In this document: one piece after another, positions 58,161 through 64,000 of the stretch
How the letters are laid out: the number at the start of each line of letters is the position of its first letter
How positions within the stretch are numbered: the stretch's first letter is position 1
Virus record (IMG/VR): IMGVR_UViG_3300023184_003735
Span: 1-64,000 of that record
DNA: 64,000 bases
From: a virus
Strand: one strand, 5' to 3'
Position numbers and translations under genes: made by a program
Notes under the pieces: generated by a model
Databases searched by the model: none
The model's input: only the letters and a program-made list of their open reading frames with translations
What the model was told of the DNA's origin: nothing

Positions 58161-59088
58161 ACTGTTGATTGCTGACTCGGGCTTGGGAGAACCCTGGCTC
58201 ATGCCCATGTTTGATCAGTGGTTTGATTGTGAAAACTACCGCTCAGATCGTGTGTACAATCCCAACATCTTGGTGGTGGTGGACAACCGTTACGATGGAC
58301 TAGATCTTTACAATCAAATACAAGCACACGGTCATCGCATAGTACTTCCTTATCTAATAGACAGCAATGTAAACAATCCCAGTAAAATCATCAACAATGA
58401 ACTGGTGCTACATGCGCCTGATTGGGTATGGATTCAGGAAAGCCTGCATTGGCGCTATCTCAATTATCATCAGCCAAGAGCGCCCGCAACACCCTCACGA
58501 TTCTTTTTGCTATTGATGAATATCGTTCGCGCACACCGTGATCAACTCAAAAAGTGTGTGGCACCATATCTGGACCAGAGTTTGCACAGTTATGTAGAGC
58601 GTGGTGTTTTTCTTGACGGGGATGAATTTGTTGTCGGACGACTCAATGCAGGCACCGCAAATGATCGATTTTACTGTGCTGAATGGTACGCTCAAACCTG
58701 CTTTAGCCTAGTGGCGGAAACCAAAGTACAGCATGAACTATTCATAAGTGAAAAGATTTTCAAACCCTTGGCATACAATCATGCCATGATAGTGCTGGGA
58801 ACACCTGGCACCCTGCAGTACATTCGTAATCTAGGATTTGAAACATTTGCACACTGTATAGATGAATCATATGATCAGGTGCTGGACTATTCCGCTAGGT
58901 TGCAAAAAATTCTGGACCTACTGGCAGATCTCTATAGAGAATTCTCAACAACAGGACAGGTATTCCAAGACACCAAAACTCAGGCCATACTTGCGCACAA
59001 TCACGCAAGATTTTTTGATCAAGCCGAGATTTGCACTCGATTTCAAACACAAATAGCCAATCCCATTATGGAGTTCTTGGAATCATGA
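58147..59088 (+). CDS. Putative GT-B glycosyltransferase, GT10-like C-terminal motif (paralog of 52749-53807)
   Basis: R.HR and FSLVAET...FISEKIFKPL...GFETF...IDESYD motifs. Confidence 0.5.
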   Translation: MSKPKLLIADSGLGEPWLMPMFDQWFDCENYRSDRVYNPNILVVVDNRYDGLDLYNQIQAHGHRIVLPYLIDSNVNNPSKIINNELVLHAPDWVWIQESLHWRYLNYHQPRAPATPSRFFLLLMNIVRAHRDQLKKCVAPYLDQSLHSYVERGVFLDGDEFVVGRLNAGTANDRFYCAEWYAQTCFSLVAETKVQHELFISEKIFKPLAYNHAMIVLGTPGTLQYIRNLGFETFAHCIDESYDQVLDYSARLQKILDLLADLYREFSTTGQVFQDTKTQAILAHNHARFFDQAEICTRFQTQIANPIMEFLES

Positions 59089-59699
59089 AACTGTTGTATA
59101 TTTGTGGGGATAGTTTTGGTGTGCCGGACCCTGCTTATGGGCTGTGTTGGGTAGATTACCTAGCGCAACTGATACCCACACATCATGTGATCAATTTGAG
59201 CCGTGTGTGTGCCAGCAATTTATTGATAAGTCAGCAGGTAGATCAAGCCATTGCTCATGCAGATCAGATCATTGTACTATGCACAGCCAGTACCAGAAGT
59301 CAAACACGACTGAATGGACAAGTTGTCCCCTACAGCATACACAGTCTTGACGCAACCACACCATTTAGTGCTGATCAATTAAGCATATTGCAGAGTCACA
59401 CACGTGAGTTTTTTGATTTAGACTTGTGCATTTATGAAAACAAGTGTATAATAGAAAGTATGTTACAACGACTAACGGATAGCAATCAACCATTTTTGTG
59501 GGATCAGGGCGGATTTGAACATGCTCATTATGGTGGCACACGCAAATACTTTTCAAAATGGTCGTGGTGTCGTAGCAGTAGAAACTTGTGGGACTACACA
59601 ACCACAAGACAACACAGACCCTATTATCACATAACAGACGATGGGGTGCATCGTGAAGTGGCCCAATACTATGCAGGATGGATCCATGCACAAACCTGA
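59085..59699 (+). CDS. SGNH/GDSL-hydrolase-like protein
   Basis: ATG at 59085 (ATGA overlap); ICGDSF, NLS...ASN and C-terminal YH motifs. Confidence 0.55.
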   Translation: MKLLYICGDSFGVPDPAYGLCWVDYLAQLIPTHHVINLSRVCASNLLISQQVDQAIAHADQIIVLCTASTRSQTRLNGQVVPYSIHSLDATTPFSADQLSILQSHTREFFDLDLCIYENKCIIESMLQRLTDSNQPFLWDQGGFEHAHYGGTRKYFSKWSWCRSSRNLWDYTTTRQHRPYYHITDDGVHREVAQYYAGWIHAQT

Positions 59700-60975
59700 C
59701 ACCATGTGTCTAGCACCCTGGGTGCATACCTATCTATCACCGCAGACCGAGCGCAGAATGTGCTGTGCGTCGCGAGAACCTGCGCAGAACTTTGAGCAGT
59801 ATATAGATACTGCCGCAGGCACAGGTCGATATATACCCGTGACTCTTGAGATGCATTGGAACAGCGATCACATGCGATCAGTACGGCGCAGAATGATGGC
59901 CGGAGAAACACTACCAGAATGCGAGGTTTGCAATGACCGGTTACTCAATGTCGCCGTATACCGAGATTATTTTGGGCACCTGTTCCAAGGAAGACTTGAA
60001 GAAATATGGAATACCACTGACCCAGATGGATCGACTCGTATGCGCCCTGTTTCATGGGATTATAGGTTCAGCAACCTGTGTAATTTCAAATGTAGAACCT
60101 GTGGCGACATGCTATCCAGTTCATGGGAGAGTGAACAGAAACAGAACAACATGGTTGACTGGACAAATCCTAAAAACAATTGGATGCGAAACGATATACG
60201 TGCCGAAATCTCACACTTTCAGGATAGTCAAATTGAAACCGAATTCAGTGCGGCTGTTGAGCAACATCGAGTAGAAGAAATCTATTGGGTAGGGGGAGAA
60301 CCGCTGATGTACGAACAGCATTGGAGGTATATGAAAAGAATTATAGAACTAGGAGATGGGGAGAAACTATATGCAAGATACAATACTAATCTTAGTCGCG
60401 TGGATTATCGTGGTTGTAATTTATACAGCGATATTCTTTCGTTTGTTCGCGACTGGCAAATCTGCGCCAGCCTTGACGGAACCGGCACCACAGGTGAGTA
60501 CATACGAACAGGCCTGGACTATAGTGCTTTTTTAAGCAACTTTCGTCAAGGATTAGAGATAGCAACTAACCCCAGACAAATGCGCCTGGACTTTACACTC
60601 ACACTGCCGGGCATGATGGAAGTGGATGCAATGAACGCTTTAGCAAGAGAACTGGGTGTGGAGATGCTGGCCAAGGTCATATTCAGTTTCTCGCCTGATA
60701 TCATATTGAGCCCATTGGCACTACCTAGAGAGTTATTGGATCCATGGGTTGACGAGTTAGCAGGCCGCTCCGCAGGCGCCATGCGTGATGTACTGCTACA
60801 ATTAAAGACCCGTCCATGCTTTGAAGAACAATGGCCGGATCAATATCAAGAAGGGCTCTCTAAAGGCAAAGCCCGTGTGTTACAACTAGAACAAATAAGA
60901 ACACAATCAGTGACAATGACAGATATCCTGGGCTCGCGTCCAGAAGTATTAGAATGGTGGATGAAAATTGCTTGA
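59686..60975 (+). CDS. Radical SAM enzyme with N-terminal Twitch/SPASM-like domain (5 of 5)
   Basis: CNFKCRTC, VGGEP, YNTN; N-terminal CLAPW...MCC...CEVC. Confidence 0.93.
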   Translation: MHKPDTMCLAPWVHTYLSPQTERRMCCASREPAQNFEQYIDTAAGTGRYIPVTLEMHWNSDHMRSVRRRMMAGETLPECEVCNDRLLNVAVYRDYFGHLFQGRLEEIWNTTDPDGSTRMRPVSWDYRFSNLCNFKCRTCGDMLSSSWESEQKQNNMVDWTNPKNNWMRNDIRAEISHFQDSQIETEFSAAVEQHRVEEIYWVGGEPLMYEQHWRYMKRIIELGDGEKLYARYNTNLSRVDYRGCNLYSDILSFVRDWQICASLDGTGTTGEYIRTGLDYSAFLSNFRQGLEIATNPRQMRLDFTLTLPGMMEVDAMNALARELGVEMLAKVIFSFSPDIILSPLALPRELLDPWVDELAGRSAGAMRDVLLQLKTRPCFEEQWPDQYQEGLSKGKARVLQLEQIRTQSVTMTDILGSRPEVLEWWMKIA

Positions 60976-62017
60976 TTCAATTGAAATAGACTTGCGCGGC
61001 GCAAATGATATATTGACTGTGTATATAGACGTTGCGGACAACAGCCTCAGCCGTAAATGGCTCTCAGCATTAAATGATATCTTAAAAACCAAATTACATT
61101 TGGAAAAGAACTACTGCTGGCTAGGCTGGCCTGAAAGTACTAGAACCGCTGAATATTTGTGCATACAAATCAACAGAAGCATACAGGCCATTAACGCCAG
61201 CAATCTAGATTATTGTATACAAGATTTCTTTAGCCCCAGCACAGTGATTCAAACAGATCTAGATATCAATCACGATCGAATGAATCAACTGCACAAGTAT
61301 TTTGAAGACCTGCAGGGCACAGCAGGCGCCATGAGCACATATTATGATTCAGCAGATGATCACACACGCTGGCACATACGGCAATTAAACTTGTTGTGTC
61401 ACGAACTAGAGAGTCTTGTGCTGAGTATGCGCAAGGCGGTACAGGCCCCTGAATGGCGCAGACCCAGTCAACTCATGTGTTGGTTAAATGCACCACGCTA
61501 CGAATTAGCACCCGAAGACCAGGAGTTATTTGGTATACAAGCAATCAATAGAAAACTGGGTGGTGTATATGTGGGCGTAAATAAAGCAGTGGGCAAGCAT
61601 CACTGGGAGGTGTTTCAAGATGAAGGTAGGGATTCAAGAATTTCCGAATTGGTTACAACTGGGCTTCGGACACAGACTCAAGCGGCTGGTGATTTTGATA
61701 TTGAATGGGCCCGTGATCCCAGCGAATACCAATGGCAAATTAAAAAACTGGCAGAATTTCGACTGTGGCTTGAACGGAATGGATTCAACCCTGATGACCC
61801 CGGTCTCACAATCGGTCACCCTCAAGTCGGGCAAGTTGATCTTGAAAGGTCGTTTGGTACACAAAACTACCAAGTAATCTGGTCGCAACTAGCCAGTTAT
61901 TTAGACGTTGTTACTGTGCGTACCAGTGCCGCCCAGGCCACTTATGACTACCATTGGAGCGACACAGACTACCAACTGCAACAAATACAGGCATTAAATG
62001 CAAGACATAACAGTTAA
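60968..62017 (+). CDS. Hypothetical protein with paired His/Glu helical motifs
   Basis: 349 aa, TTG start; NQLHKYFE and LNLLCHELE motifs. Confidence 0.7.
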   Translation: MLDSIEIDLRGANDILTVYIDVADNSLSRKWLSALNDILKTKLHLEKNYCWLGWPESTRTAEYLCIQINRSIQAINASNLDYCIQDFFSPSTVIQTDLDINHDRMNQLHKYFEDLQGTAGAMSTYYDSADDHTRWHIRQLNLLCHELESLVLSMRKAVQAPEWRRPSQLMCWLNAPRYELAPEDQELFGIQAINRKLGGVYVGVNKAVGKHHWEVFQDEGRDSRISELVTTGLRTQTQAAGDFDIEWARDPSEYQWQIKKLAEFRLWLERNGFNPDDPGLTIGHPQVGQVDLERSFGTQNYQVIWSQLASYLDVVTVRTSAAQATYDYHWSDTDYQLQQIQALNARHNS

Positions 62018-62669
62018 TGATTATTTAACATGGGAATATTCCACAGATCCTGACATACAATATCTCAATTGTCCGGCACCCACATCCATGCACAATCACA
62101 TACCCGAATGGTTCAAAAATCAAAAGGCCCGCAAACAAGAAATCAACATAGCCGATCAACAAACTATTAGAAACTGCCTGGGGTTCCGCGGACTTGCTAC
62201 CCTGGGTTATACTATTCCTTTACCAGAAGAACTCACAGGCCATGACACATATTTCAGCCGAGGTCGACTGCACCCTGAAATGCTATATGGAACCCAATGG
62301 GCCAATCAAGGCTCAGAACCCTGGACCACAGATGACACCAGTCTGTATGAATACCGTATTAGACTACTGTATTGGCCTTGGCGAGCACGAATGTCCCCAG
62401 GCTGGCGCTTGTTGATCTTGCCTTATCTATTAGATTGGTCAAATGATTGGAATGAATTTGCCGGCATAGTAGAACCCAATTATGAAGTTAACTTTGGTAA
62501 TAGTATAGGTGTTGGATTAAAATGGACTCAACCCATTGATCATAATTACAACTACTACAACCTAGAAACAGTGATGGCATACAAACGATCAGTCACTGTG
62601 ACAAAGGGCACTGTGACTTTCTGTGCAGTTCCTTTGTATGACCCTGAACTAGCCGAGAAACAACTATGA
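61998..62669 (+). CDS. Hypothetical protein, possibly a degenerate dUTPase-like beta fold
   Basis: 223 aa; PEWFK...TIRNC.G...GY.IP...PW....PG..LL..P...GIV pattern. Confidence 0.45.
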   Translation: MQDITVNDYLTWEYSTDPDIQYLNCPAPTSMHNHIPEWFKNQKARKQEINIADQQTIRNCLGFRGLATLGYTIPLPEELTGHDTYFSRGRLHPEMLYGTQWANQGSEPWTTDDTSLYEYRIRLLYWPWRARMSPGWRLLILPYLLDWSNDWNEFAGIVEPNYEVNFGNSIGVGLKWTQPIDHNYNYYNLETVMAYKRSVTVTKGTVTFCAVPLYDPELAEKQL

Positions 62670-62767
62670 ACTGGATTAAACGAATTTGGAATCGAATTGC
62701 ATTGGAAATACGCTATCGTAAAAAATTACGAGAGTTGCGCAAACGAGATCCATTTATCTACAAATGA
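62666..62767 (+). CDS. 33-aa basic peptide ending in PFIYK, missed by the ORF track
   Basis: MNWIKRIWNRIALEIRYRKKLRELRKRDPFIYK; ATGA overlaps at both ends exactly fill the gap. Confidence 0.8.
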   Translation: MNWIKRIWNRIALEIRYRKKLRELRKRDPFIYK

Positions 62768-63408
62768 TATATTGTATAGGTGATAGTTTTACATATGGAC
62801 ATGGTCTTGAAGATCCAGATAAAACCGCTTGGCCTATTGTATTAGGGACATTATTAAATCGTCCTGTTACTAATCTTGGAAAATCCGGGTCTGGTAATAC
62901 TCGAATTGTTAAACGTACAATAGATGTAGTGTTTCGCGACGATACGGAATTAGTGATACTGGCCTGGGTTGGCCCACATAGAATAGAATTTTTTGATAAA
63001 ACACCTTACGACATCTGGCCCGGACAAACTTTTAGAAAAACTCCTAATGAAATAGCAAAAGCACTTACAATAACACAAAATAATCAATTTGATTTATGGT
63101 TGTGTAGAAAGTGGTTGAGAGATATTATCTTAACACAAAATTTATTAAAAAATCAAAACAAAAAATATCTAATGGCCAGAGCTTGGGGTGCGTGGGAACC
63201 ATTGGCAGGTACTGAAGATCTATGGAACAAAATTGATTGGAACTATTTTGTAGGACACCCAACTACTACTAGAAATACAGACTATGAAACGTTTGGCTAT
63301 TGGTATACAGATATACCATTGGTACTTAACCATCCATCAGAATTGGGTCATCAAAGAATAGCAGAAAAATTTTATGAATATATTAGGAATTTCGGCTGGA
63401 TTTCATGA
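62764..63408 (+). CDS. SGNH/GDSL-hydrolase-like protein
   Basis: 214 aa; IGDSFTYG, NLGKSGSGN and NHPSELGH motifs; AT-rich. Confidence 0.75.
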   Translation: MIYCIGDSFTYGHGLEDPDKTAWPIVLGTLLNRPVTNLGKSGSGNTRIVKRTIDVVFRDDTELVILAWVGPHRIEFFDKTPYDIWPGQTFRKTPNEIAKALTITQNNQFDLWLCRKWLRDIILTQNLLKNQNKKYLMARAWGAWEPLAGTEDLWNKIDWNYFVGHPTTTRNTDYETFGYWYTDIPLVLNHPSELGHQRIAEKFYEYIRNFGWIS

Positions 63409-64000
63409 TGCGGCAGCCACAGTGATCTCACCTGACGGGGAGATATTGTTTGCTGGCCATTCAGAACGGTACTCAAAAAAGAAGAATGACGAAAACTTCT
63501 GTACACCATTGATTAGAGAATTAGAAAACTACAACCCAATTGACACAGTGGCATATTATGAACGCCCGATAATGAAACAGTTACGTCAATGGTACAGCGG
63601 TCAAGGGATTGAGTGGAACCGACTCAGTGTGAAGAAAAACATACACGATCAAATAGGTCATGCTAATTGGCAGGATCTTAAACACTACAAAAATTATAAC
63701 CATCATTTATCGCATGCGGCAGGGGGCTTTCAAACGTCGCCATTTGACCGTGCCACAGTAGTGGTAATAGATGCAATAGGTGAATGGGACACCGTATCAA
63801 TTTGGGGTGCAGAATATGATTCAAAAGGACGGGCCCGGTACAAGAGATTGTGGAGACAGATTTATCCACATTCGATTGGCCTGTTCTATAGTTCTGTTAC
63901 CCAGCGTATTGGACTACACCCACTAGACGAAGAATACATCACAATGGGCATGGCAGCCTGGGGTCGTAACACCTGGTATCATGACATGCGTGAGCATGTG
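63374..64000 (+). CDS. Carbamoyltransferase (NodU/CmcH family), N-terminal part, truncated by the window end
   Basis: Manual translation from ATG 63374: MNILGISAGFHDAAA...ERYSKKKND...YYERP...HHLSHAA...VIDAIGEW...YPHSIGLFYS...EY..MGMAA.G. Confidence 0.93.
   Translation, partial: MNILGISAGFHDAAATVISPDGEILFAGHSERYSKKKNDENFCTPLIRELENYNPIDTVAYYERPIMKQLRQWYSGQGIEWNRLSVKKNIHDQIGHANWQDLKHYKNYNHHLSHAAGGFQTSPFDRATVVVIDAIGEWDTVSIWGAEYDSKGRARYKRLWRQIYPHSIGLFYSSVTQRIGLHPLDEEYITMGMAAWGRNTWYHDMREHV

Noticed and set aside
62666-62767. RiPP precursor peptide for the radical SAM/SPASM enzymes
   Set aside because: It has no leader/core organisation, and no RRE/PqqD, protease or transporter is seen; the PFIY end and position fit a carbamoyltransferase partner better.
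1-64000. Alternative genetic code or stop-codon reassignment
   Set aside because: Standard-code ORFs tile the window densely, including a 14.5 kb ORF, and TAA, TGA and TAG all appear as gene ends.

Overview
This window is a 64 kb segment of a large T4-like (myovirus-type) dsDNA phage genome. From left to right it carries: minus-strand head genes (prohead protease gp21, two core/scaffold-like proteins, portal gp20) and a tape-measure-like protein with a C-terminal M15 peptidase; plus-strand gp26/gp51-like baseplate chaperones with a likely -1 frameshift; a three-gene enzyme cassette (DUF1415/DUF6875-like, ATE/Bpt-like aminoacyl transferase, DUF6614-like); a ~425 bp highly structured non-coding element where two transcription units converge; a minus-strand gp55-gp47-gp46-GIY-YIG unit interrupted by two AT-rich SGNH-like genes; a ~32 kb plus-strand tail/baseplate module including a 4,847-aa protein; and a >17 kb accessory biosynthetic island with glycosyltransferases, five Twitch/SPASM radical SAM enzymes, four SGNH-like proteins, a 2OG-oxygenase-like protein, a 33-aa PFIY peptide and a carbamoyltransferase that runs off the edge. 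The best candidates for undescribed biology are the structured minus-strand RNA downstream of the GIY-YIG gene, the aminoacyl-transferase cassette and the radical SAM island. No tRNA, rRNA, CRISPR array or transposase was recognised. All family assignments come from motif recognition by eye, not from database searches.
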